Source of the DNA: Hyaloraphidium curvatum SAG 235-1 | Taxonomy: Eukaryota > Fungi > Monoblepharomycota | NCBI GenBank assembly: GCA_025558095.1 | Contig: JAIVFI010000022.1 | Span: forward strand, 642,475-706,474 | Length of the DNA stretch: 64,000 nt | Direction: 5' to 3' | Shown: positions 23,338 through 35,696 of the stretch, in pieces | Layout: the number at the start of each line of letters is the position of its first letter | How positions within the stretch are numbered: position 1 is the stretch's first letter | Position numbers and translations under genes: made by a program | Notes under the pieces: model-generated | Databases searched by the model: none | What the model was told of the DNA's origin: nothing | What the model saw: only the letters and a program-made list of their open reading frames with translations

Positions 23338-24609
23338 CTACGCAGCAGCAACCCGCAGCCGCCTCGCCCGCGCGAACCACCGCCCCGGGTCAAACCTCCT
23401 CGCCCGCCGCGGCTTGTCCGCCGCCTGAAGTTCCACCACCGACTCCGAGATCGGCACCTTGCCCGACGCCGGGCCGGCCTCCCATTCCCCGACAGTCCCG
23501 TCGCTCTCGTCGCCCGAGTCCGCGGCATCCAGCGACGCCAGGTACCCCGGCAGCGCCAGCGCCAGCTCCGTCCTCGCCGCCTCCGCCGCCCTGCGCGGAT
23601 CGAACGCCGAGGAGGGCAGCTTGGGCAGCTTCCCCACACTGCGCACCGGCGCCCTTTCCGGCGCGACGTCCGCGAGCCAGGGGTGCTCCAGCAGCGAACT
23701 CGCGGAGATTTTCCCCTCGTTCCGCGCATCCAGCACCAGCGCGAGGAACGCATTGGCTCCGTCCGAGGCACCGTCCACGGGCTGCGGCGGGCCGCGTGCG
23801 ACCTCGGCCTGCAAGTCCAAGGGTTCCTCGTGCCGGAACGGGAAGAAACCCGTGAGCAATCCGTGCGCGAGCACCCCTGCCGCCCAGAGATCCTGGTGCC
23901 CCCTGCGCGCGGGATACGGGGATCCCCTGCAGACGAGCCGGAGCAGGCCGGGGGAGGCGTAGTGGATGCACCCCACGGGCTCGTCGAGCAGGGTGAGGGA
24001 ATCGAAGAAGGTCGCGAGGCCGAAGTCGATCAGGCTCAGGGTGTGGGTGGAGGGGTCGTACAGGACGTTGTCCATCTTGACGTCCCTGTGCAGCACCCCG
24101 TGCGCGTGCGCGTGGCGGAGGGCCTCGAGCAGTTCGGCGACAATGACCCGGGCTTCGGCCTCGGGAAGCTTGCCTCCGGGATGGCTGTTGACGTACGCAA
24201 ACAGCTCCTCCCCCGGCGCGCGGCCAAAGATGGCATGCACCGCATCGCTCGTCTTCGCGACGTCCAGCAGTGGCGGCACGCTCCGATGCGGCGGCAGATG
24301 CGCGAGCACCCTCGCCTCGCGCAGGGCAAAGAACAGGTTCCTCGGGGAGCCCGACGGGGTGGTCTTGGCCACCGCGACACCGCGAGGGCCGCGGGCGAGG
24401 CGGACGGAGGAGAAGGCGCCCGAGCCCAGGAAGCGGCCGGTCTGCCACTCTCCCGTCAGTCCGTGGATAGTGGGGCCGTTGCACTCGTCGGGGCAGACGG
24501 GGGAGGGGGTCGACGGCCGCGCCGCTTGGACACGGTCGTCGCAGAGGGTGCAGCTCGACTCGCGGTCGGTTGCTATCGGGGTCTCCATGGCTTCGGTTTC
24601 GGGTGTCAT
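23338..24609 (-). CDS. Ser/Thr protein kinase (CAMK/AMPK-MARK-like), intronless
   Basis: LGSGAFSSV, AVAK, HRDVKMDN, IDFG, GCIHYASP, DLWAAG, LLEHPW. Confidence 0.9.
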   Translation of the reverse strand: MTPETEAMETPIATDRESSCTLCDDRVQAARPSTPSPVCPDECNGPTIHGLTGEWQTGRFLGSGAFSSVRLARGPRGVAVAKTTPSGSPRNLFFALREARVLAHLPPHRSVPPLLDVAKTSDAVHAIFGRAPGEELFAYVNSHPGGKLPEAEARVIVAELLEALRHAHAHGVLHRDVKMDNVLYDPSTHTLSLIDFGLATFFDSLTLLDEPVGCIHYASPGLLRLVCRGSPYPARRGHQDLWAAGVLAHGLLTGFFPFRHEEPLDLQAEVARGPPQPVDGASDGANAFLALVLDARNEGKISASSLLEHPWLADVAPERAPVRSVGKLPKLPSSAFDPRRAAEAARTELALALPGYLASLDAADSGDESDGTVGEWEAGPASGKVPISESVVELQAADKPRRARRFDPGRWFARARRLRVAAA

Positions 24610-25738
24610 GTCGATGTTTCGATGAGGTGCAGCCGTCGTCGTCCGCGGAGATAGATCCGCGCGGATGAATGGGCGATTGGCGGAAGCGCCGCCCCCGCCG
24701 GCCGGCCCCCAGCTCGGATAATCGTTCCCCGCCCAGACATGCAGCGACGCGGTCGGGACCAAACACCGCCGGCAGGCTCACTATGATCAGCCAATCCCAT
24801 CCTGCAGTGTCGTTCTTCGTGCGTGCACGCTGCATGCACCCGGAGGTTCCTCCGCGGAGCTCGGCATGGATCCGGGCGGAACCGTGATTTCCCGTGGCGG
24901 AGATCAACCGTCCGCGCCGATTGCGCCCTCGTTCCGCCGAGAAAGGACATTACCGCTCAATGACGTGGAGGTTAATCCGGGTCAACAGGGGCGTCTGGGT
25001 GTTGAGGCCGGACGGGGGCGCCGGGACTGGAGTTGCGCCGCGCCGCATCTTGCGTGTTCCCAATCCCGGCGTCCCACCATCTGGTATCTGCAAGAGATAC
25101 ACAGCTCGGAAATAGAGATAGTCTCGAAGTCGGGCATCTTCCACGGATGTATGCTCATCTGTCTCGCACGGTAAGGAAACAACGGCTCGCCGTTGCTCTC
25201 CTGCTGCTCCCGATCCACGGCGGGGTACCGGACGCCGCGGAGTAGTCGCGGCGACGCTCGAGACCGTGTGCCCCGGTTAGGAACGTTAGGTGAGGGAGCC
25301 TGGAGTCGAGCAAGGTCCCGATCCCGGCATTGGCTGTGGGGTCCGCGAAGGGCACGGTCGGGCAGGAGGGCGGACCCGGGCACGAGGCTCGATCGGGCGA
25401 GGAGGCAGGGGGTCCTGTCCGCTGCCGGTGCGTCCTTTTCACTTGGAAACGCAAGTGCCTTTTGCCCTCGGGGATTGGCGAAACGCCGCTGGGATCTAGG
25501 GATTTCCCGCACCGTCGTGGAGGGAGCCTTCGCGGTTCTGAACGTGCGCGAGCTGCACCTCGCAGGCGTACATGGTGGACGTCAGCGCCATGCGCCCCCT
25601 CGCGGTGATCTGCGTCGCGCTTCGGGGGGCGTGAACGTTGCGCGATGCATCACGGACCTTAACCAGGAGGACGGACGTGGACACCATCACCAGGTTGATC
25701 GTGGGCCTCGTGGCCGGTGTGCCCGCGTCGCTCATTGG

Positions 25739-25766
25739 TCATCAGATCTCTATCACAGGCGCTGAG
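25739..25766 (+). repeat. 28-nt dispersed repeat, copy 1 (possible transposon terminus)
   Basis: TCATCAGATCTCTATCACAGGCGCTGAG identical to 41735-41762. Confidence 0.8.
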
Positions 25767-26486
25767 TCAGCGCCGCCCACACTGATCAGATCAACCTCGC
25801 TCTCCCACAAACTGCATAGATAAGTGTCATCTATAACCCCCGCATCGTTTAGAACGGTTCCTACGCTACGCACCGCTGCGCTGGACCAACCACATCTCGC
25901 GCAGCTCGGTCACCAGGTCCTGAACCCGGATTAGCAGCTCGTCCTCGCTCCGTGCCGGCCCCCTCGGACCCGATCCATCAGGCAGCGGAACGGCTGCAGC
26001 TCGTCCTTTGTCATCCGCAGTCGCCTGTCTGCGCGGGATCGTGCACGATCGGCGCATGCGCCCGGCGGCGGCTGAATCGGGGTCAATCCCCTTTCCATTC
26101 CTGGGCCCCCTTGGGGCCAGGGCCGATCCGTCTGCTCAAGGGAAACACAGCGCCGATAGAAATGCCCCGCCGATCGAACCGCCGATGCGATGTCTGCCCT
26201 TGTTCCAGAACAGCTGGGTGAGGGGCGGTCGGGGGTAGTCATTCATGCTAGACTCGCCCCGTCCAGCACGCACATGCGACCTTCTCGTCGCCAAGTTCGA
26301 TCCCAGATTATTGTGCCGTAGTGGGACTTTGCGATGCACGTTGACCGACTTCTGGCCCACATTTGGATTGCACCGGGTTCCGGCCCGCGCTCGGCGGGAT
26401 CGGCGCGTGCGGCGCCCGGCCGCTGACGAGTCCAGACCGAGTCCCTGGTCCGCCACCCCGCGCCCACGCCCGAACCACCCGCGGCA

Positions 26487-28852
26487 ATGGCGGCGTGGGA
26501 GGCGGCGCTCTCAGGGGAGGACGGCGAGGACGGCTACGACTGGCAGGCGCTGGTCGTGCGTGCGGTGGCGGGGCACGGGGCGGCGGCGGTGGCGGCGGCG
26601 TTGGCGGCGCCGGCCGACGGGACGCCCTCGGCGCGGGCGGGCTCCGATGGCCCGGGCGGGGGCTCCGATGGCCTCGGCGGCGGTCTCAGCGGGGACGGCG
26701 TGCGGTGGGCGCTGTCGCCGCTGGCGCTGGAGCGGGCGGCCCTGTCGCAGAAGGAGGGCGGCGACGCCGACGACGACGGCTCGGAGACCTCGGCCGGCGA
26801 CCTGGCGACCGGCGGATCCGAGGCGAACCTGACGCTGGTCTCGGCACACTCGGGCCACTCGGCGCACTCGGGCGACTCGGCGCACTCGGCGCCGCCCGCC
26901 CCCGGCTACGGCAGGCGGCCGACCCCGCACGCCCTGCACGCCGCCACGGCCCTCCCGAACATCAAGGGCGGCTCGGACTCGCTGCTCGAGTTCCTGGTCA
27001 GGAGCTCGTCGGGCGTGCCCCCTGCCGCCCGGGCGGCCGCCGCCCACCTCGCCCTGCAGACCGCCGTGCGCCGCTCCCGCCCCCTCGAACCGCGCAGCCT
27101 GATCCCCCCGCCGGACCTGGGCCCCGGCGCGCCCCCCATCTCCGAGCTGCTGGACATGGCCGTCGAGGCGCAGTGGGCCCTCGCCCACCCCGTCTACCCG
27201 ATCCTGCACCGCCCCTCGTTCGAGCGCGCCATGCGCGGGCTGCCCTCGTGCTACCCGCGCCGCCCGCTCGCCCTCCTGTACGCCGTCGCGGCCATCGGCG
27301 CCCGCGGGCTGCCGGTCCCGGAGCCGCAGCGCAACATCTTTGCCCGGTGGTGCTGCGACCGCGCCCGCGAGACGCTGCTGGACCGCGACCCCGGGGACCT
27401 GGAGGCCGCGCAGGCGCTGCTGGGCCTGGCCAACGTGCTCATCGTCGCCGGCGTGCCGCAGCGGCTGTACCCGCTGATCGTGCGGCTGGTGCGGTCCAGC
27501 GAGCACCTGGCGAGGACGGTGGAGCCCGGGTTCCCGTCGACGCCGGACGCGTGGATCAGGAGGGAGCTCGTCCTCCGCCTGCGCATCTTCGTCTCGTGCG
27601 TCGACCTCGCCGTCGCCAAGCACTCGGGGCGCCCGGTGATGGGCTCGTACTTCCACCAGCACGCGTGGCCCGCGCCGGCGTCGGAGCACTTTTTCGACGA
27701 CCCGGACACCGAAGGGGCGCACGCGCTGCTTTCCGAGCTCGTGGCAAAGCGGGGCGAGCCCACGGTGCAGTTTGGACGCAGGGGGTGGGCGGCGGCCTCG
27801 GCGGCCGTGCGCGCGCTGGCCGGCTCCCCGTTTGGCGGCGGCGCCTCGGTCCTGTGCCTGATGCACCTGGCCAACTACGTCCGCTTCCTGCACATCTCCG
27901 CCTCCCCCCCTCCCCCTCCCCCTCCCGGTGGCCCCCCTCCCGCCGGCCCACCTCCCCCGGGCGCACCCCCCGCCCGTCCCGACCCCGCGAAAGCCCGCAA
28001 CCTCGCCGCCTTCGTCTCCACCCTCTCCGACCTCGTCCTCACCTCGCTGCCACCCGACATCGGCGGCCCCCTCTCCCGCGGCGACGCCGCGCCGCTCTTC
28101 TCCCTCGGCGCCCGCTACTTCCCGCACCCCGCGCACCCCTTCACCGCAGCGCAGTCCCTGCTGTTCGCCGAGGCCCACGCGGCCGAGGGCTTCATGCACG
28201 CGGGGTTCCCGTCGTCGGCGCTGGCGCGCTGCGGCCGCATCGCCGGGATCCTCTCGGCGTGCCTCTCCCGCGACCCCGAGATGCGCTGGGCGCACCACGT
28301 CGTCCTGCCGCCGCTGTACACCGTGGGGAGGATCACCCTGGGCGCGCTGGCGGGAATGCGCACGAGCCCGGCGTTCGAGGGGGACAGGGAGCGCGGGGAG
28401 AGGGAAGGGCGGATCGCGGAGGCGGAGGGGTGGGTGAGGCTCGTCGGGGTGTGCCTGGGAAGGATGGGGAGGATATACGGGCTGCTGCGTGGGTTCTCCC
28501 GCCTGCTTCCACGCGGGTGGCGCACTGACCTGCAGGGTTCCCAGCGAGGAAGCTCGCGCAGCTGTTTGCAAAGGACATGCGCGACGCCGGCGTGCAGCCC
28601 GACCCGCAACCTGCCGCACGCCACGCGGCGACGGAGGACGACGGCGAGACGGTGGAGATACCGGACGAACCCGAGCACGCCGAGGAGGACAGGGGCGAGG
28701 CGAAGTTCTTCATGGACGTGGCGCTGTCCTCGGCCGGCGGCGCGCTGCCGGGGTTGCGGAGGACCGGGACGGGGTCGGATGTGGGGAGCGTGGGGTCGGA
28801 TGCGGTCGGTGGGGATGGGAGGGAGGGGAGGAGGGCGAGGGGGAGGGGGTGA
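26487..28852 (+). CDS. Fungal-specific transcription factor domain protein; no Zn2Cys6 cluster visible
   Basis: HPVYPILHRPSFE, LLYAVAAIGA, AAQALL, RELVLRLRIFVSCVD; intron after YGLL. Confidence 0.8.
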
Positions 28853-29022
28853 GGTTGCGGGCGGAGCGGGAGGCGCCGGGAAGGCCGTGGACCTATGTCT
28901 GGACAAAGGAATTGAGGCGCCTTCCCAAATCGAGATTATGCATCCCTCGTGATACAATGCGGATCGACGTGCGAATTAAATACGGGGACGCGCTGCAACT
29001 CGGGCGTCCGACCAACCCGTGT

Positions 29023-29546
29023 TCACTCGTCCCCCTCACCCCCCTCGTCCCCCTCCCCCTCGTAGACATCCCCGTGCTCCTCCAGCTCCACCAGCGTCCC
29101 CCCGAACTTGAACCCCAGCACCCTCACCCCGCCCTCCCCCTCGAACAGCCAGTTTGCCTCGAGCGTGCCGACGGCGCCGTCGTCCCCGCGCGCGGGGATG
29201 TCCACCCTTATCTCCTCGTGCTGCACGCCGGCGTCGCCCTTGTCGTCCTTGACCGCGATGCGGGCCCAGGCTTCGAGCTGCGGATCGGGTTGCGCGCGTC
29301 AGGACGCGTCCCGCTCGCGCGCGGGAACGGGGGACCCACCGGGCCGCCCTTGTTCCTGTTGAACCCCTTGAGCGACACGTTGCCCGCGGCGTCGATCGCC
29401 AGCTCGACATCGAAATTGTGCCCCGGTACGGTGCGCTTCCACTTGTCCGCGCCGGAGACGGCGACCACCGTCGGCGGGTCCGAGTCCAGGGGCGCGTCGA
29501 CCGCGGCGAGGTATTCGAGCGCTTTGGCGGGGAGGGTGGCGGACAT
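29023..29546 (-). CDS. Small hypothetical protein, one intron
   Basis: MSATLPAKALEYL... joined through a GT..CAG intron to an acidic C-terminal exon; host-like codon bias. Confidence 0.55.
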
Positions 29547-29848
29547 GGTTCCAAGGCGGTGGGAGCGGCGGAGGTGGGGGGAGACGCGTCGAAAGCGGCG
29601 AGGGGGAAGGGACTTGCCGATCGGCGGTCCGAACGGGGGTCCGGCCGGATCCCGCACCTCGTACCTGAACGAAGCACACCCGTTCGCCGTTCCCAAGCTC
29701 CCTCTCTATGCGATCGCTACATGCGCCAACGAAGTATCAATGCAATCTACGACAAAGCTAACCATCTACGTCGCCCGCGACAGAGGTAAAGAATGCAGCG
29801 TGTCCTACCAAGCAAGAGCAAACGACCCGCGATCGGCATCGCCAGCGG

Positions 29849-30730
29849 TTACTTTCTCCCCGCCGGTGCCTGCAGACCGCCGCACCCCGGCGCGTCGTGA
29901 ACCAGCAAGGGGCGGGGGAACTGCACGAACCCCGAGACGGGCACCGACGACGGCGCCGACGCGCTGCGCTGCCCCATCGGCGCGGGAACCGCGAAGAACG
30001 CGGGCAGGGGGGCGGTGGCGGGCGCCGAGGCGGGGGCGGGAGGGCGGGGGAGGGTGACGGCGATCGGCGGGGCGGGGACCGGGGCGCGGGGCGCGGGGGA
30101 GCGCGAGCGCGAGCCGGAGGTGCGCTTGCCGCCCTGCTGCATCGCCGGGGCGGCGGTGCCGAAGCGGGCCTCGAGGGCGGCGAGGCGCCCGGCGAGGTGG
30201 TCGACCCTGCTTGCGAGGATGTCGTCGTCGCGCACGCCGGTGGCGTACACGGTGGCGAGGTCGGCGCGCAGGGAGGAGAGCTGGCTGCGGAGGTCGGCCA
30301 GGTCGGAGGAGGGCGGCTGGGGGCGCTCGGCGAGGAGAGGGGCGAGGGAGCCGGCGAGGTCCGGGAGGAGGCGGGCGAGCTCGGCGGCGACGGCGGTGCG
30401 GATGGCGGCGTCGAAGTCGGCCGAAGAGGCGGTGGGCAGCTGGGCTGGTTGTCCGGCGCCGGGCAGACCGGGGGGGTGCGGCTGCGCGGGGTCGGAAGCC
30501 CTCCGCTGCAGGCTGGGCGCCGAGCTCGTGCGCTGCCTCGCCCAGCCCTCGCCAGCCTTGTCCCCGTCCGAGCCGGTGCGGTACATTCGGGGCTGGCTCG
30601 ACAGTGCGACGAGCACGGCGGAGGCGTCGGCGTGGGCGTCGTCGTCCGAGGGCGCGTCTTCGTCGGGGCGCAGCAGGCCCTCGGCCGCCAGCGCGGCCGC
30701 GAGCCGCTCGTGCACGTCGCGCAGCGGCAT
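29849..30730 (-). CDS. Hypothetical protein with coiled-coil segment
   Basis: 293-aa ORF, G/C-rich third positions, DLADLRSQLSSLRADL heptads. Confidence 0.6.
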   Translation of the reverse strand: MPLRDVHERLAAALAAEGLLRPDEDAPSDDDAHADASAVLVALSSQPRMYRTGSDGDKAGEGWARQRTSSAPSLQRRASDPAQPHPPGLPGAGQPAQLPTASSADFDAAIRTAVAAELARLLPDLAGSLAPLLAERPQPPSSDLADLRSQLSSLRADLATVYATGVRDDDILASRVDHLAGRLAALEARFGTAAPAMQQGGKRTSGSRSRSPAPRAPVPAPPIAVTLPRPPAPASAPATAPLPAFFAVPAPMGQRSASAPSSVPVSGFVQFPRPLLVHDAPGCGGLQAPAGRK

Positions 30731-31518
30731 GGCGCTCCTGTTCCGACAAGGGGGCGCTCAGAGGTGGTGCGACGGTTGCGTGGGGACGCGTCCCCACCAA
30801 GCGCGCTGCGACCGGCCCCGGAGGGCCGAGCTCGACCGCGGCCTCTTCCTGCCCTCTCGCGCGGCACCGGGTTCGCCGCCTTCGCCGCAGAGCATGGAAC
30901 GACGCGGGGAGCTTGCGTGCCCCGCCCCGCGATTTTGCGGTGCCCGCCGTCGACTCGATGGGCTTTCGACTCACCGATCCGCGGAGCCAGTGACGTGGCC
31001 CCCGCTCGCCTGGGGATCGGCCGAGCGGAACGGCACGGGCATGCACAGGGAAGGTCGGGCAGCCATCCCAATCTCTGTAGCACAGTTGGAATTCAGGCAC
31101 AGGGGTCCATGTCGCCGGCGATGCGAGGCGGAGCCACCGTGGACTCGATGGGGCCGACTCGACGCATGTCGCCACACTAACCCCCATCACCTCCTTCGGC
31201 CGCGCTTTTCCGGCTCGGGGAAGCGTTGTCGCGCAGAGGACTTTCGCGGGCGCGGCCGGGCAAGGGGCGGGTCACTCGGAGGATGGGGGTGGGCGCCGGC
31301 GATGCGACTCCGGGCGCGGTGCGGCCACGCTTACCAAGCTCCTGCGGAGCCCGCCCGCAGCCCCAGGCCACCCCATCGCGCCGCAAAGTGGCGATCAATA
31401 TAAGCAGATCGGACACGTTGCGGTGCCAATGTCGCGCGCCTGCGTTTCCATCGCTGCCCGATCGCGCGTCCCGGCGCGAGCCGGAACCGGCGCCGCATCT
31501 CCGTCGTCCGAAGGCCCC

Positions 31519-34500
31519 TCATCTTCCTCCAGCATCCACCCATCCGGTCCATCCCATCACGCCCCGTAAGCATCCGCGAACGCCCTCCTCGCCTCCTCCA
31601 GGAACTCGGCCTCGTCCCCTGGCCACACCGCCGTCTTGCTCCGCTCCGATCTCCCTTTCCTGCCCTCCGATCGCATCAGTCACCCATCTTTCGCGGAGAC
31701 GAAAGGGACGTACCGCCGGTTGAATTCCGTCGCGAGGTGCAGCACCGCCCTGTACCGTTCCCCCGCGACGCCCAGGTCGAGTTCGGCCACCAGCGCGTCC
31801 CTCCGCTCCCCGGGGGGAAGCCGGGCGAGCAGATCCTCGCGGAACAGGCGGACCGCGGGGATGCCCCTCGGGGAGAGGGAGGCGGTGGGCGAGGGGGTGC
31901 GATCGGGTGCGGCGGGGACGAGCCGGGGCGGGACGGCGGAGAGCGACGCGGAGGCGTCAAGGAGGGTGGCGGTGGAGTCCCGGGGCTGCAGGTGCGCGGG
32001 AGTTTCGGGCTGCGGCGTCGAGGGCTGCCCGAGAAGCGAGAGTCCCGCCCCGCGCAGGCCAAGTCCGGTTCCAGCGGGGACGCCCCCGCCGCGTGGCTTC
32101 TTCGCAGGCGGCTCGGCGTCGCTGACGCTGTCGACCTCGACCACCTCGCGCTTCACCCCCCTTTTGAGGGGGGCGGTTGGTTTGGGGGGAGGGCGGGAGG
32201 CGGCAAGGCGGGAGGCCAGGGTGGTGCCGAGCTCGGCTTCCTCGTCCGAGTCGAGGATGAGGATGGCGTCCTCGGAGGCGGGCTCCGCGGGCAACATCTC
32301 GATCTGCTCTGTGGGTGCCACGGGCTGCGCAGTGGGCGGTTCGTGAGAGATTCGTGCCAGGGCGGGCCCGACCTGGGCCGGCGCGACGGGCTCGATGTTG
32401 GCGGGCGCATGGTCGATCGGCGCCGGCGCGGCCTCCGCCGTCGCCTCCTTCGCTCCCGGCTCCAGCTCCTGCAAACGGGACTGGGATTCCTCCGCAGCAA
32501 CGGTCGGCTCCACAGAGGGCCCCGGAGTGCCCCACGGATCCGGAGGACCGCCGAGCAGCGCGTCGATCTCCCGCTCCGTGTCTCGCGCGTCCCTCTTCAC
32601 CGGTGCCTCCTGGGATCCCGAGGCCGCCGGCGGCGCCTTACCCTCCCCGTAGGGTGTGCCTGCGGAGCCGCGTGCGGTCACCGGGGCGACGGATGCGGCG
32701 CGCTTCCCACCGCCATCTGATGCGTCCTCTTCGTCCAACGGCATCACGACGACGAAATCCCCTTCGCCCAAAACCGACGCGCGCACGAGTGCCTCCGTGT
32801 CCCTCCCAGGCGATGTACCGCGTTCTTCCGTAGCTGCGCCGACCGCACGTTCACCCTCGGGCGGGAATGCGCCTCGCGTTCCCGCGGGACGACCGCCGAG
32901 CAGCGCGTCGCTCTCCCGCACGGGGTCCTTGGCCCTTCCCTCCGAAACCTTCCCCGCGTCCCCGGTCGGAGCGTCCGCGCCGCCGAGCTCCAGGATCTCC
33001 GCTTCCACCGCCGCCAAGACGTCCTCGATCGCCGCGTCGTCCCAGTCCCCCGGCACCGCGGCCATGGACTCCGGCGCGGAAGATGCTGGGGAGCTGGTTC
33101 CGGGTGCGGGGCGGATGAAGGCGTGCAGCGGGGCGATCGGCGCGGGCGGAGGGGAGGGCAGCCGAGGCGGGGCGATCGCCGGCGCAGAGAGGGGGGCTTG
33201 GTCTCGGCGCAGGAAGCGCTCGGGAAGCGGCACAGGGTTCCTGGACAGCGGTCGCGTGGTGCGCGGGAGCGGAGCCGGCAAGCCGAACGGCCACGGCGGG
33301 AGGGGCTGCGGAGGCGCCGTCATCGGGCCGGCGCCACCCGCGCGCAGCGGCAGACGGGGCTGCTGCACTGGGATGCCGGCGGAAGCTTCCGACGGATGCC
33401 GCGCGGCGGGAGGGTGGGGCGGGGGGATGAAGAAGTTGAGCGGCAGCTGCGGGGCGGCTGGATGAGGCGCCTGCGGTGATTGGACGCCCTGCACGCGAGG
33501 GCGCACGGGGCGAATCAATCCCGCGACCTCCTCGGGGGGGATCGATCCCGACCGCGACGCCAGCCTGCCGAACGGCGAATCGGGCGGCGCGGTCTCCACC
33601 TCGCGCAGCACGCGGCGGATCTGCTCGGTGATCTGCTCCCCGGTGAGCGGCTGGCGTGCATGGGGGACGGGGGACGGCATCGGCAGCACCGGCGGCATCT
33701 GGTGCGCCGGCTGGAGCCCCGAGGAGATTGTTGCCGAAGGGTGTCCGACGGGGTGCTGAGGAGACTCGCCGCTGCCGATCGGCCTCGCGCAGCACCCGGC
33801 GGAGTTGCTCCGCGATCTGCGCCTGCGACGGCTCAGGCGGGCGTCGGAAGCCCGTCGCCGGGATCGGGAGCTGCTGAACGCGGGGAGGGGGGGGGAGAAG
33901 GGGCGATCGGTGGTCCGGAGAGGTTGCGAAGGGGTTGATCGGTATCTGTTGAACAGGGGGAGGGGGAAGGGGGAGCGGCTCGCGCTGGGCACGGGGAGGC
34001 GGCGGAAGGACGGATTCGCGGTCGGCAGGAGGAGGGGGTGAGAGTAGGAGCTCGCGCTGAGATGGGGAAAGAGGCGGGAGGAGCGGCGATCGGAGGTCCG
34101 CGGGCGGTACGCGGGGTGCGATCCGCGGCTCCCGCAGCTCTGGCGCAACGTTGCGCGGCGCCCGGGCTTTACCCGGTGTGAAGAAGTCCGTCCCGCCGTA
34201 AATCTGGATCCGATTCCCGGAACTCTCCGTCCCCGCCCTCGCGATCTCCTCCATCCTTGCCATCCTCTGCCGCCACGCTTGTTCGTTCGCCCCCTCTTCC
34301 TCACGTGCCGCCTCGCCCGTCGGGAAGAAAGCTGGTGGCGAACCGCCGAACCGGAGGAGGAGCGAGTCGGCCACGTCGACGAGGGGCGTGGGGCGGGGGA
34401 AGGCGAGGGCGGCGCAGAGGCTTTCCAGGAACCGGAGGTCAGCGGAATGAAGCAAGGGGGGCGGAGGGATCGGAGTACCCTTCAAGGAGCTCGTGGGCGT

Positions 34501-35102
34501 ACATGCGGGAGAGGGGGGCGTAGACGAAGGCTGAGCCGGCGGCGGGCTTGACCATCGCGAGGTAGCTGTGGGTCGAGGACTCTTGCTCTACGGTGCAGTT
34601 GATAGCACCGACAGCGACCGGCAACCCACCTCCACACCATCCTCAACCCGTGTTCCGTCAGCTCCTCCAACCCACACCTGCTCCGCAGCGCGTGCGGCGG
34701 CACCCTCGCCGTCTTTGCCAGGCAGGCGGCGTCGAACGGCGTGAGCGGGATCTTGGCGGGGGCGGGGGATTCCCGGCGCGGTGTGGGTTCGGTAGGGGCG
34801 GTGGAGGAGGCGCGGGAGGGCGGAGCGGGCTGAAGGGCGGCCGGGGGAGGGGAGTCGGGCGGGGAGGCGCCCGCACGCGTGGCGGTCCCGTCGTCCGCAC
34901 CGGCCTCAACCGGCCGCGGTAACACCCTCCTCCGGCGCACATGCGGTCGACCGGCAGTCTGAGGAGGTCGCTGGACCTCTGCCGGCGCGCCGGAGGCCGG
35001 CGGTGGAGCGGGAGCCGGAGCGGCCGGGGAAGGCTGCCCCGCGCCCCCGCCGCCAAAGAGCGACTGCAGGAACGCGAGGTCGTCGTCGAGCATTCCCTCC
35101 AT
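31519..35102 (-). CDS. Large low-complexity hypothetical protein, multi-exon; structure uncertain
   Basis: Consecutive minus-strand ORFs (34482-35213, 32851-34485, 31680-34304) with coding-like stretches and GT-AG candidates. Confidence 0.45.
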
Positions 35103-35696
35103 TCCGGGACCTCCGCGGTGCGCGCCCGGCTCGGGGCGAGCAACCTGGACCGCGGGTTTTGCGGGTCGTCGTTCTTGTGCGACGGATGCGGGCTGCCCGG
35201 CGGACCGAAACACCAGGGGTGTCTTTCACGACAGCTCAATCCGGTCGACCCAAAGGGAATCGCCAGATCCGATTATGATTTATGCTGAAAAGCAGCGGAT
35301 GCACTGGGAGGCTTTCACGGGGTTTCCCGCCCCGGATGCCCTGCGTCCACGTCCACCTTTCGGGCAACACTTGGAAGGCATCTCGCCGGGCACCCATCCA
35401 GATCCCGCGCCATCACTGCAGCTCTGACCACTCCGGTCTCGTAGTCGCGAACCTTGCCACTCGGGTGGTTCCGGCGGCGGCCCCGCGTTTGCCGCCCGGC
35501 CGCAACCGGCCACGGTGAATCGGACCCTTCGACGGCAGAAAACGGCCGTCCACAGGAGGGCCGCGCCCGGCCGAATCCCACCCGCCGGCGATGTTGCGAA
35601 GGCCTTGAATCTCCCGACCGTTTCCCGCCCCCCGCTGGGTGCGCGAGGGCGACGCTGGGTCGGTGCGGCTCCGTGCGGCGCAACCCCCCGCGGGCG

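Noticed and set aside
25150-26060. Possible degenerate non-LTR retrotransposon fragments (ITARGRMAL, PTANAGIG)
   Set aside because: Motifs are too short and broken to support a call without a search
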